The position numbers and the translations under genes are program-made. Source: Patescibacteria group bacterium (GTDB lineage: Bacteria; Patescibacteriota; Patescibacteriia; UBA2591; JAQWAS01). From it: DNA of 64,000 nt. Numbering within the stretch: the first letter of the stretch is position 1; every line of letters starts with the position of its first letter. This document shows positions 1 to 8,470 of the stretch, piece after piece. The DNA is taken from positions 47,711 through 111,710 of the forward strand of contig JAQWAS010000003.1 of assembly GCA_028707495.1 (NCBI GenBank), in the 5' to 3' direction. Under the pieces are notes generated by a model that was not told the DNA's origin, did no database searches, and saw nothing but the letters and a program-made list of their open reading frames with translations.

Positions 1-1138
1 ACCAAATTAAACTAACAATAAAAATTAAAGCTAAACCTAGGGTAATATATAAACTAATTTTGCTAGTTTGAGGCGAAGTTTTAAGTTTTAATTTTTTATT
101 TTGAAGTTGGTGAATTATTTTTTTAGGTTGAAAAATTAAAGTTAAATATGACCAAGAGAATTTATGCTGGAAAAAATTATTAGTTTTGATTTTATCTAAC
201 CAAGCTATTCTTTTAAATTTTTTTAAACATTTTGGATAGGAGATTTTCTGGATTAAATTTTTAATTTGCGAGTAAAAATTTTTAATCACTTGAGATTGAG
301 CAAATTGATTTAAAAATTTATATATTTTAGGTTTAACAAAATTATTTATAAAGCCCGGGTGTAAAATATCACTGGTTTTTTGTTGTTTATGAATTAGTTT
401 TTTCATCGAAGCGGTCTGAGGGTTTTCATTTTTATCAAAAATTTCTTCAGTCTGAGGTAGCGGCTGATGTTTAATAACCAAGGCAGCGAAAGAAATTTGC
501 TTGTTAATTTCAATTAAACTTTTTTTAATTAATTCTAGGGCTTGATTGGCAGTATACTGATTGATGAATTTTTTTATTTTTTCTTGAGATAAATAATCAA
601 ATAAATTTTGAGTGCAGAATAATAAGCTGTCATCAAGCTTCAAATCACCAGAAATTAAATGTGACATGGTTTGATTCGTTCGTTCATTATTATCATTATC
701 GCCTAAAGAGGAAACAATATCCATAAACATACCGCGTCGTAATAAATAAGCTTGAATATCACCCTTTTGGCTAAAGTGAACCATATTGCCCTTAACAACG
801 CCAATAATAAAATTACCTTGATTTAACCAAGTTAAATTGTGTTGGTGAATGAGTTGACTCAAGCGTTGATTAAAATTATGTAAAGCCTTTTCAAAGGTTT
901 TTTCTAAATCAGAAAAGGTTGAGGCGTAATAGTCGTCTTTAAATTGTTCAATAATTTCATTTAAAATTTCCACGTCTTTTTCTTTATCTAGCAATAAATT
1001 TGCAACAACAAAAACACGTCCCCATTTTGACTGGCTTGAGCTGGGCGGTAAAAAAATATTAGCCTGCGCCAAAGCCTTGCTTTCTTTTTTGTGATAAATA
1101 ACTAATTTACCGAAATCATTTAAAAATTGATTAGACAT
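1..1138 (-). CDS. Hypothetical protein, 3'-truncated by the window edge. Weak resemblance to the PP2C/SpoIIE phosphatase core (GDxxAYLLRRG), with a hydrophobic C-terminal segment.
   Basis: I translated the minus strand from the ATG at 1138-1136 and found more than 370 codons with no stop. This ORF is missing from the track because it runs off the window. The PP2C-like motif is a weak match. Confidence 0.4.
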   Translation of the reverse strand, partial: MSNQFLNDFGKLVIYHKKESKALAQANIFLPPSSSQSKWGRVFVVANLLLDKEKDVEILNEIIEQFKDDYYASTFSDLEKTFEKALHNFNQRLSQLIHQHNLTWLNQGNFIIGVVKGNMVHFSQKGDIQAYLLRRGMFMDIVSSLGDNDNNERTNQTMSHLISGDLKLDDSLLFCTQNLFDYLSQEKIKKFINQYTANQALELIKKSLIEINKQISFAALVIKHQPLPQTEEIFDKNENPQTASMKKLIHKQQKTSDILHPGFINNFVKPKIYKFLNQFAQSQVIKNFYSQIKNLIQKISYPKCLKKFKRIAWLDKIKTNNFFQHKFSWSYLTLIFQPKKIIHQLQNKKLKLKTSPQTSKISLYITLGLALIFIVSLIW

Positions 1139-1195
1139 GTCTTTACATATTTATATTCTAATATTATAATATATTTAAAATAATAATTCAAATTT

Positions 1196-1774
1196 ATGCT
1201 TGAACAACTTTTTGGTTCAAAGGCGCGCTTAGAGATTTTAAAGCTATTCATTGATGAAGAGGGCCCTTTTTATGTTAGAGAGATCGGTAAAAAAACACAT
1301 TTGCACATTAATTCGGTTAGGCGGGAATTAGATAATTTAGAAAAGTTGGGTTTATTAAAAAGTTTAAGTCAATTACGGGGAGAACACGATAAAAAATATT
1401 ATCAGCTTGATAGAGACTTTGTTTTATATCCGGAAATTAAGGCTTTAATAAAAAAAGCACATTTAATCTTACAAGAACCTTTAATCAATGATTTAAATAA
1501 AATCGGTCAAACTAATCTTTTAGTTTTAAGCGGTTTTTTTGTTAATTCCAGTGATAGTCCAACTGACGTTTTAATTGTGGGTAAATTTAACAAAAATAAA
1601 TTAAATTTTTTAATGAAAAAGTTTCAAAAAGACGTGGGTCAAGAAATTCGTTATACTATTTTATCGCCAAATGAATTTAAATATCGACGCGATTTAACTG
1701 ATAAATTTTTATTCAATATTTTAGAACAACGCAAGATAATTTTGATTGACAAATATAAGTTAAATGGCAAATAA
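1196..1774 (+). CDS. Winged-helix (ArsR/MarR-like) regulator fused to a nucleotidyltransferase-like C-terminal domain
   Basis: The N-terminus LEILKLF...VREIGKKTHLHINSVRRELDNLEKLGLL is a wHTH. It overlaps tsaB by 11 nt. Confidence 0.45.
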   Translation: MLEQLFGSKARLEILKLFIDEEGPFYVREIGKKTHLHINSVRRELDNLEKLGLLKSLSQLRGEHDKKYYQLDRDFVLYPEIKALIKKAHLILQEPLINDLNKIGQTNLLVLSGFFVNSSDSPTDVLIVGKFNKNKLNFLMKKFQKDVGQEIRYTILSPNEFKYRRDLTDKFLFNILEQRKIILIDKYKLNGK

Positions 1775-2174
1775 AATGTATTTATTTATTGATACTAGTC
1801 AGCGAGAATATTTAATTTTAGCTTTATTAGACGAACAGCGCATAGTCAGTCGGGTTAAAATTTTATCTCAAGGTAAACAGTCAGACAAAATTTTATTTTA
1901 CTTAGATAAATCATTGAATCAACAAAAAATTAAATTACAAAATTTAACGGGTGTTATTGTTGTGCAGGGACCAGGTTCGTTTGTCGGTTTACGTGTCGGC
2001 ATAAGTTTGGCCAACGCTTTGGGTTATAGTTTAAAAATTCCAGTCGTTGGTACCCTGGAAAAAGATTTATCAAAGATAGTTAATAATATTAAAAAATTAT
2101 TTAAAAAAAAGTCGTCTATAATCGTTTTGGCTAAATATGGCCAAGATTTAAAAATTAAAAAAACTAAACACTAA
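1764..2174 (+). CDS. tsaB: tRNA threonylcarbamoyladenosine biosynthesis protein TsaB (YeaZ-like, inactive Kae1 paralog)
   Basis: The GPGSFVGLRVGISLANALGY motif is typical of TsaB/YeaZ. Confidence 0.75.
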   Translation: MANKMYLFIDTSQREYLILALLDEQRIVSRVKILSQGKQSDKILFYLDKSLNQQKIKLQNLTGVIVVQGPGSFVGLRVGISLANALGYSLKIPVVGTLEKDLSKIVNNIKKLFKKKSSIIVLAKYGQDLKIKKTKH

Positions 2175-2185
2175 TTTAAAATTTT

Positions 2186-3481
2186 ATGGAATACATATTA
2201 CTCAAAGATGTAGAACAATATTTAAATCAGGAGGTGACTCTCAAAGGTTGGATTTTTAATTACCGTTCATCCGGTGGAATTTATTTTTTACAGTTCAGAG
2301 ATGGTACTGGTTTGGTGCAGGGTGTCGTAGTTAAAAATAGCGTTTCACCTAAAGTTTGGGAGGATTGTCAAAAAATTACCCTAGAAACCAGTTTAACTCT
2401 GACTGGCAAAATTAAATCAGAAAAACGGTCGCCTTATGGTTATGAAATAGAAATTAAGGATTTAAAATTAATCCAAATTGCCGAAGAGTATCCGATTGGT
2501 AAAAAAGAACATGGTCCAGAATTTTTAATGGATCAACGGCATTTATGGCTGAGATCATCTAAACAATGGGCTATTCAAAAAGTTCGTAACACAATTATCA
2601 ACGCGACATATGAATATTTTAATCAACAAGGTTTTACTAAAATTGATGCACCTATTTTAACTCCTACGGCTTGCGAGGGGACGACAACTTTATTTGAGGT
2701 AGATTATTTTGGCAAGGAAAAGGCCTATTTATCACAAAGTGGTCAATTGTATATTGAAGCAGCTATTTTTAGTCATAATCGAGTTTTTGACTTTGGACCA
2801 ACTTTTAGAGCTGAAAAAAGTAAAACGCGACGGCATTTAACAGAGTTTTGGATGATGGACGCCGAAATGGCATTTGCGGAACATGAAGAAAACATGAAAG
2901 TCCAAGAAGACTTAATTTATCATATCTTACAACGAGTTTTAGAAAAAAACATAGAAGATTTGCAGATTTTAGAAAGAGACATTAGCTTTTTAGAAAAAAT
3001 TGATAAACCGTTTAACCGTTTAACCTATAAAGAAGCGATTAAAAAATTAGGGGAGTTGGGTTCAAAAATTAAATTAGGAGAGGACTTAGGTGCGGCTGAC
3101 GAAACATTATTAACCAAACAATATGATCGGCCTATTTTTGTTGAAAAATACCCAGCCCAAATGAAAGCTTTCTATATGAAACATGATCCAGAAGATCAAG
3201 ATTTAGCATTGTGTGATGATTTATTAGCTCCTGAGGGTTATGGTGAAATTATTGGTGGTTCGCAAAGGGAAGATGACTATGAAATTTTATTAAAGCGCAT
3301 GCAAGATCATAAATTACCAATGAAAGATTTCGGTTGGTATCTAGATTTAAGAAAGTATGGTTCAGTGCCACACTCGGGTTTTGGTTATGGCTTAGAAAGA
3401 ATTGTAGCTTGGACGTGTGGGTTAAAACATGTCAGAGAAACAATTCCATTCCCTAGGATGTTGACAAGATTGCGACCGTAA
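2186..3481 (+). CDS. asnS: Asparaginyl-tRNA synthetase (class IIb)
   Basis: An OB-fold N-terminus and class II motifs: FRAEKSKTRRHLTEFWMMDAEMAF, GGSQRE and GFGYGLERIV. It is 431 aa. Confidence 0.8.
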   Translation: MEYILLKDVEQYLNQEVTLKGWIFNYRSSGGIYFLQFRDGTGLVQGVVVKNSVSPKVWEDCQKITLETSLTLTGKIKSEKRSPYGYEIEIKDLKLIQIAEEYPIGKKEHGPEFLMDQRHLWLRSSKQWAIQKVRNTIINATYEYFNQQGFTKIDAPILTPTACEGTTTLFEVDYFGKEKAYLSQSGQLYIEAAIFSHNRVFDFGPTFRAEKSKTRRHLTEFWMMDAEMAFAEHEENMKVQEDLIYHILQRVLEKNIEDLQILERDISFLEKIDKPFNRLTYKEAIKKLGELGSKIKLGEDLGAADETLLTKQYDRPIFVEKYPAQMKAFYMKHDPEDQDLALCDDLLAPEGYGEIIGGSQREDDYEILLKRMQDHKLPMKDFGWYLDLRKYGSVPHSGFGYGLERIVAWTCGLKHVRETIPFPRMLTRLRP

Positions 3482-3491
3482 ATATATATAA

Positions 3492-3530
3492 AAAAAGACT
3501 CCTTAATTTAAGAGGAGTCTTTTTAAATTT
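3492..3530 (+). terminator. Rho-independent terminator after asnS (AAAAAGACTCCTtaatttaAGAGGAGTCTTTTT)
   Basis: A perfect 9-bp stem followed by a T-run. Confidence 0.7.
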
Positions 3531-3649
3531 AAATAATATTAATTTTTCAAATATTTTTTTCTTAATTCATAAGCTGTAATAGTCGGGATATAAAAGACGA
3601 AATCAGCCACATATTTACCCGCAATTATACCTAAACTATAATTATTAAT

Positions 3650-3937
3650 TCACAATGGAAAAAAATACATACACGCTGGCCTAATTAACAAACTATCTAT
3701 AATTTCAGCCGGTCCAAATTCGATAACTATGTTTCTAATGTTTTTTATAAAACTTTTTAGATTATACTGACAATTCTGTTTTTGAGGTTTTCTGGATTGT
3801 ATAATATCTCGAACAAAAATAAAACCATAATAACCAAGATTATCTCCGATAGTTCCCATGTAAGCGGCTAATATTTTATTCTTTGTAATTAAATAAATCA
3901 AAGAGGCTCCTAAAGTTGTGCAGATGGTTGCGGACAA
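3650..3937 (-). CDS. Small hydrophobic hypothetical protein. The same frame continues about 36 codons past the TGA stop, so it may be a gene remnant.
   Basis: Taken from the ORF track only. It lies downstream of and co-oriented with the FemAB-like and ATP-grasp genes. Confidence 0.25.
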   Translation of the reverse strand: MSATICTTLGASLIYLITKNKILAAYMGTIGDNLGYYGFIFVRDIIQSRKPQKQNCQYNLKSFIKNIRNIVIEFGPAEIIDSLLIRPACMYFFPL

Positions 3938-3988
3938 ATTAGCGGGTAGATAACGCCAAAGCCATTCTTTAATTTTTTTTATGCATTT

Positions 3989-4882
3989 TTAATCTTTATA
4001 AAATTTATATTGTGATATTTTGTCTAGATGCCATTTTTCTTTCCAGCCTAAATCTTCAACTCCGGCGTCAAACGTTTTGCAACCCAAATTAATAGCCAGT
4101 TCAATATTTTTTAAATTTATATATGACCCTAAATTCGGATGGTCTTTTTTATTAGTGCCAGCGTTCATATAGGTATAAGTATCTTTATATTTAACTGCTA
4201 AAGAAACAGACTCTTTAATATTATTAATCACAATAGTAATTAAATGAAAATTCAAATTAATCGACATTAAATAGTCAAAGACTTTAGTAAAGAGTGGATC
4301 GCTGAAACTTGATTCTTCGCCAAAATTTTTACGATTGAGTTCCATTAATCTTGATAAATCCTCTTTTTGATCGTAAAAAATTTGGGGTTGTTTATTTTCG
4401 ACTATTTCAATAATTTTTAATAAATTTTTGCGACGTTTGTTGCGAAAATATTTTTTTAAATAATCATCTAAATTTTTAACATCAGACAAGTCAGCTACAT
4501 ACTTATATTCTAACAATTCTAAAGATTGAGTGAAGCTGTCACGACCGATAATATCTTCTAATTGAGTCTGTTGATTGATGAGTTGATAAAATTCAGGAAT
4601 ATATTTTTCATATTCGGGTTTAATAAAAACTTGATTATCTTCCATATAAGCACTACCAAAAAATTCTAGACAATGACGGCGAGTATTAAATTGTAAAGGC
4701 AATAAGCCAATATTTTTACCGTCAATTTGGCCAACGTAAAAATATAAATCAAATTGATTATCTTGATAAAAACAATAGCGAAAATCCCAATTATCATAAA
4801 TAATTTTATCTGGACTGAATTCTAGCCAGAGTTGTTTGGCTGTTGGCAAGTCGTGAATACATTCAAAATTAATTTTAGACAT
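3989..4882 (-). CDS. FemAB / BioF2-like GNAT-fold acyltransferase (Acetyltransf_6-like)
   Basis: The 297-aa size and the C-terminal pattern ...NAGTNKKDHPNLGSYINL...DAGVEDLGWKEKW match the FemX/CelD-like family. The call is from memory, not from a search. The stop is 1 nt from the ATP-grasp gene. Confidence 0.45.
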   Translation of the reverse strand: MSKINFECIHDLPTAKQLWLEFSPDKIIYDNWDFRYCFYQDNQFDLYFYVGQIDGKNIGLLPLQFNTRRHCLEFFGSAYMEDNQVFIKPEYEKYIPEFYQLINQQTQLEDIIGRDSFTQSLELLEYKYVADLSDVKNLDDYLKKYFRNKRRKNLLKIIEIVENKQPQIFYDQKEDLSRLMELNRKNFGEESSFSDPLFTKVFDYLMSINLNFHLITIVINNIKESVSLAVKYKDTYTYMNAGTNKKDHPNLGSYINLKNIELAINLGCKTFDAGVEDLGWKEKWHLDKISQYKFYKD

Positions 4883-4883
4883 T

Positions 4884-7313
4884 TTAAATAATATTAGGTT
4901 GGAGATGATAATAGGGTGGACGTTCTTTGTAGCGTTTGATAGCTAGACGGATAATCTCTTCCAAAAAGTCGCCGTAATCCATGCCAACTAATTCAGCTGA
5001 AGCGGGTACGCAGTCTCCAAAATTAATTGATGGATTGGGATTTAATTCTAAGACGTAAGGATTGTTATTTTTATCAACTCGAATTTCAACTCGGCCATAA
5101 TCATGACAGTCTAAAATATTATAAGTATCTAAAGCAATTTCACCCAAGAGATCGGCCAATTTATGACTAATGTTTTGTGGTGGTCGTTGGCGAATGATAG
5201 TGTTATAAGCTTGGTCTTCATTCCATTTAGCTTCAAAGGGGTAGATATGCCAATAACCCTGAGGCATATTATCAAAAATTGAACGTGAAAGTGGTAAAAT
5301 TCTAAGATCATCTTCTTCGCTCCCTAAAATTGAAACATCATATTCATCGCCCTCAATATATTCTTCAATTAAAGCTGGTCGGCCAATATCGATCAAAATT
5401 TTACGTAATTGTTTTTGTAATTCTTGAGGATTGGTTACGACCGAATTATTAGTAATACCAATAGAGTTATCGGTGTTAGCTGGTTTAACAATTAATGGAT
5501 ATTTAAAGTCATCACGAATTTCATCTTCTAAATCATACACATAATCCCATTTAGGCGTGGGAATATTGTGATAGGTTAATAATTTTTTTACTCGAATTTT
5601 ATCAATACACAAAGATAGGGTAAAGGGATTGGATCCGGTGTAGGGGATTTGCAGAGAATCTAAGATAGCGGCGGCGTGAGGCTCTAATAAACTGGAATTA
5701 TTAATGCGTTCACAAACATTAAAAACCAAATCAATTTCGCTATTTTTTAAATCATTAACCACTTGACCCACATTATTAAAATCAAAAAAACTAATTTGAT
5801 AACCACGCTCTAATAAAGTTTTTTCAATATTTTTTCCAACTGAAGTTAAATCTTTTTCAACTTCACTAGTGTTATCATCAAACAGATTACAAGCAATGCC
5901 AATTTTTAAATTGCGTTGGTTTTGAATACTCATGCGCCGAATTTTTTCGATTTTACTATGACCAATAATAATATCTTTATTTAAAGCAGAAAATGAAAAT
6001 CTACTTTTACGCGATGTTTTACCAATTGATGAAGCTGGGTCAAACTTGGCGATTTCATAATGAACCATTTTAATAGCTTCGTTTAGATTATCTTGAGCAT
6101 CTAATAAATTTTCTCCGGTGACAGAGATCCATCCCAAATTTTCATAACCTTCTGGTGGAGCTAAAATTGGATCACCAATTTGTTTAAAAAAGTTAATTTC
6201 TTTTAAATATTTTTTTTGTTTTAACTCTGGATCAATATTAATTTGAACTAAAGCACCAGAATAATCTGCCAGAAAATCTTGTTCGCATAAATAAGTATAG
6301 GGATCTTCGGGTTTATAAATTTTAGGCAAATAAATTCCCAAAGCTATCTTAACGGCATTTTCAATTAAATCTACATGCCAGGCTTCTTTAATAAAAGAAT
6401 AAATTTCATCGCCACCCATACGCAAGTTAACTTCCAGGGGAACCGGACCATTGTGGGTTGACTTAGCTTCAAAGTGAATACAACCGTTTTGCACGCCTAA
6501 TTTTTCTAGAGTTTCATCCGCTAATTGAATTAAGGCTAATTGATCATTTTCGGGCAGGCTTGATGGGATGGTATGTTTAGTTTCAATAAAAAATGGTTCG
6601 TTAGTTTTATAATTATCTGAGATAGAATAAAATTTTATTTTGCCATTTTGTAATAAAATATCAATATCAACTTCATCACCCTCGATATATTCTTCAATCA
6701 AAATATCTAAGCCATTATTTAAAGCTGATTCGACGGAAGTTGAAATATTTTTTTTGACAAATTTATAAATATTTTTTAATTCATCAACATTTTCAATTTT
6801 AATTACTAAGGCACTACTTGATCCATAGGTTGGTTTTATGACCAATGGCATATTAAAATTTTGAGCTACATATTCAAGATCTTCTTTTGAATGAATTAAT
6901 TTATGTTTAGGAGAGGGAATATTATTTTCTAAACATAATTCTCGAAATAAATATTTATTTCTAAATTTTTTAGCGATATTATGAGGAATGCCAATAAACT
7001 GAAATTTATCAGATAATTTAGATGTCAATAGAACATCATCTTCCCAAAAAGTAATCACGCCATTGATTTTAATATCAGGATTTTCTTTGATAAACTTATC
7101 AACCTCCTGAATGGATTCAGTGTGATTATTGGTGTCGGCCAAAATCCAATGGTCAGCATATTGGCTCGCCCAATTTTTTTCTTTATTTAAAATTACCAGT
7201 TTGAGACCGAGTTTTTTTAATTTTTGGACAATAAATCTTTTTCTAAAATAACCAGTATTAACTAATAATAAAGTTTGATCGGCATAAGATGTTGGATTGA
7301 AATGATTGTTCAT
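4884..7313 (-). CDS. Tandem ATP-grasp ligase: an N-terminal L-amino-acid-ligase/carnosine-synthase-like domain plus a C-terminal D-Ala-D-Ala-ligase-like domain
   Basis: There are two separate ATP-grasp cores: PLVIKPTYGSSSALVIKIEN...EEYIEGDEVDIDIL and YPLIVKPANTDNSIGIT...EEYIEGDEYDVSIL...RVEIRVD...LELNPNPS. It is 809 aa. Confidence 0.65.
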   Translation of the reverse strand: MNNHFNPTSYADQTLLLVNTGYFRKRFIVQKLKKLGLKLVILNKEKNWASQYADHWILADTNNHTESIQEVDKFIKENPDIKINGVITFWEDDVLLTSKLSDKFQFIGIPHNIAKKFRNKYLFRELCLENNIPSPKHKLIHSKEDLEYVAQNFNMPLVIKPTYGSSSALVIKIENVDELKNIYKFVKKNISTSVESALNNGLDILIEEYIEGDEVDIDILLQNGKIKFYSISDNYKTNEPFFIETKHTIPSSLPENDQLALIQLADETLEKLGVQNGCIHFEAKSTHNGPVPLEVNLRMGGDEIYSFIKEAWHVDLIENAVKIALGIYLPKIYKPEDPYTYLCEQDFLADYSGALVQINIDPELKQKKYLKEINFFKQIGDPILAPPEGYENLGWISVTGENLLDAQDNLNEAIKMVHYEIAKFDPASSIGKTSRKSRFSFSALNKDIIIGHSKIEKIRRMSIQNQRNLKIGIACNLFDDNTSEVEKDLTSVGKNIEKTLLERGYQISFFDFNNVGQVVNDLKNSEIDLVFNVCERINNSSLLEPHAAAILDSLQIPYTGSNPFTLSLCIDKIRVKKLLTYHNIPTPKWDYVYDLEDEIRDDFKYPLIVKPANTDNSIGITNNSVVTNPQELQKQLRKILIDIGRPALIEEYIEGDEYDVSILGSEEDDLRILPLSRSIFDNMPQGYWHIYPFEAKWNEDQAYNTIIRQRPPQNISHKLADLLGEIALDTYNILDCHDYGRVEIRVDKNNNPYVLELNPNPSINFGDCVPASAELVGMDYGDFLEEIIRLAIKRYKERPPYYHLQPNII

Positions 7314-7325
7314 TTTAAAAAATTA

Positions 7326-7362
7326 AAATTAAAAAAGAACCTAGACCATAAAAATTTAGGTT
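7326..7362 (-). terminator. Hairpin plus T-run reading on the minus strand (AAGAACCTAaatttttatggTCTAGGTTCTTTTTT), immediately upstream of the ATP-grasp start codon
   Basis: Inverted repeat GAACCTAG/CTAGGTTC followed by T-rich sequence on the minus strand. It implies a minus-strand transcript ending here. Confidence 0.4.
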
Positions 7363-7659
7363 CTTGAAATTTGATTATCCCCGGGGTCGTCTGAATCCGC
7401 CTCGGTTAATGAGTTAGTGCTGGGATGACCAACACAAGATTGATTATTCATTAATAAAATTAAAACTTAACATAATTATAAACGTACTCAGATAAATAGT
7501 CAATTGTTAATAACATCTAAACATATAAACATATAAACAAAATAACAAGAGAATGCAAAGATGTTTATTCACTTGAAATTTTTTATATTTTTGATATGAT
7601 AAAATTAATAGCGTTAATTTATTCTTTAATTTTTGAGAAAGGAAAATTATGAGAAAAGA

Positions 7660-7990
7660 ATGGATTAGTATTGGGTGACACTAGGTGTCAAAGTATAGTT
7701 CTTTAATTTGAACAAGGAGGTTCGTATGAAAAAGGTTCTATTTGTCTCAGACGGTCTTAGCATCGGATAGTATCCTGCGATTAGGAGAACCCCAAAGATG
7801 CAACATTGTAAATAGCAATTGCTTTAAAAGCGATGGCTATCGTTAACCGTTCATTTTAACCCAGGAGGTCTTTATGAGAAGATCACCGCCCATTCTAATT
7901 ATGGGCATCGAGGTTATCTCCGCCTAGGCACTTGAGTGCTGACAAGGCTAATAGGGGCGCACAGGTTGCGCCCTTTTTTATTTTTAAAGA
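7660..7990 (+). ncRNA. GC-enriched ORF-free region with stem-loops and two strong-RBS mini-ORFs (13 and 17 codons). It ends in a terminator at about 7957-7987. It is a candidate structured RNA or leader region; I could not assign a family.
   Basis: No ORF of 60 aa or more lies in 7314-8025. GC is locally higher than the flanks. Hairpins include ggtgacactaggtgtca. GGGCGCACAGGTTGCGCCC plus TTTTTT closes the region. Confidence 0.3.
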
Positions 7991-8025
7991 GTTTGATATA
8001 ATGAAAGTGTTATTATTAAAAAAAT

Positions 8026-8460
8026 ATGACTGAATTTAAACATTTAAAAATTTTTAATCTTCAAGGCGAAGAGGAATTAATTACGATTGCTTCGGGGCCA
8101 GTTATTATTCAAGATAATAAAGTTTTATTAGATAAACACGATGATGATTTTTGGAAATTTCCCGGTGGTAAGGTTTTATCTAATGAAAGTTTTGAACAAA
8201 CAGCCATTCGAGAAGTTAAAGAAGAATTAAATGTTGATGTAGAATTAAAAAGTGAGCCGTATATAATTATTTTAAATAGGGAAGTGGGGGATAAAAAAGA
8301 AACTTTAATTTTAATTCACTATTTAGCTGAGATTATAAATGGTGAGCCACAAGCAGGACGAGATATTACAGAATTTGAATGGCATGATATTGATAATTTA
8401 CCGTCAAATTGCGCGGAGAATATTAAGCCAGTGGTGGATTTTTTTAGAAATAAAATTTAA
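8026..8460 (+). CDS. NUDIX hydrolase
   Basis: Nudix box GGKVLSNESFEQTAIREVKEELNV. Confidence 0.8.
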   Translation: MTEFKHLKIFNLQGEEELITIASGPVIIQDNKVLLDKHDDDFWKFPGGKVLSNESFEQTAIREVKEELNVDVELKSEPYIIILNREVGDKKETLILIHYLAEIINGEPQAGRDITEFEWHDIDNLPSNCAENIKPVVDFFRNKI

Positions 8461-8470
8461 ATTTAACAAT

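Noticed and set aside
3541-3937. Possibility of an alternative genetic code (TGA read as Gly/Trp, as in some CPR lineages), prompted by the frame continuing about 36 codons beyond a TGA after the 95-aa ORF
   Set aside because: Long conserved proteins (DnaK, CysRS, P-type ATPase, FtsI) are intact in the standard-code track with no internal TGA. Stops are overwhelmingly TAA. One read-through-like case is better explained as a gene remnant.
5129-5311. 60-aa ORF inside the ATP-grasp gene, in a different frame
   Set aside because: It is nested within the 809-aa ORF and is not independently supported.
7314-8025. Assignment of the structured intergenic region to tmRNA, RNase P RNA or SRP RNA
   Set aside because: I could not find the tmRNA tRNA-like 3' end (GGTTCGAATCC...CCA) or a plausible tag reading frame. 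I could not find the RNase P GGAAAGTCCGGGCTCC / ACAGAACCCGGCTTA cores, or the SRP domain-IV AGGTCAGGTCCGGAAGGAAGCAGC motif. It is left as an unassigned candidate ncRNA.
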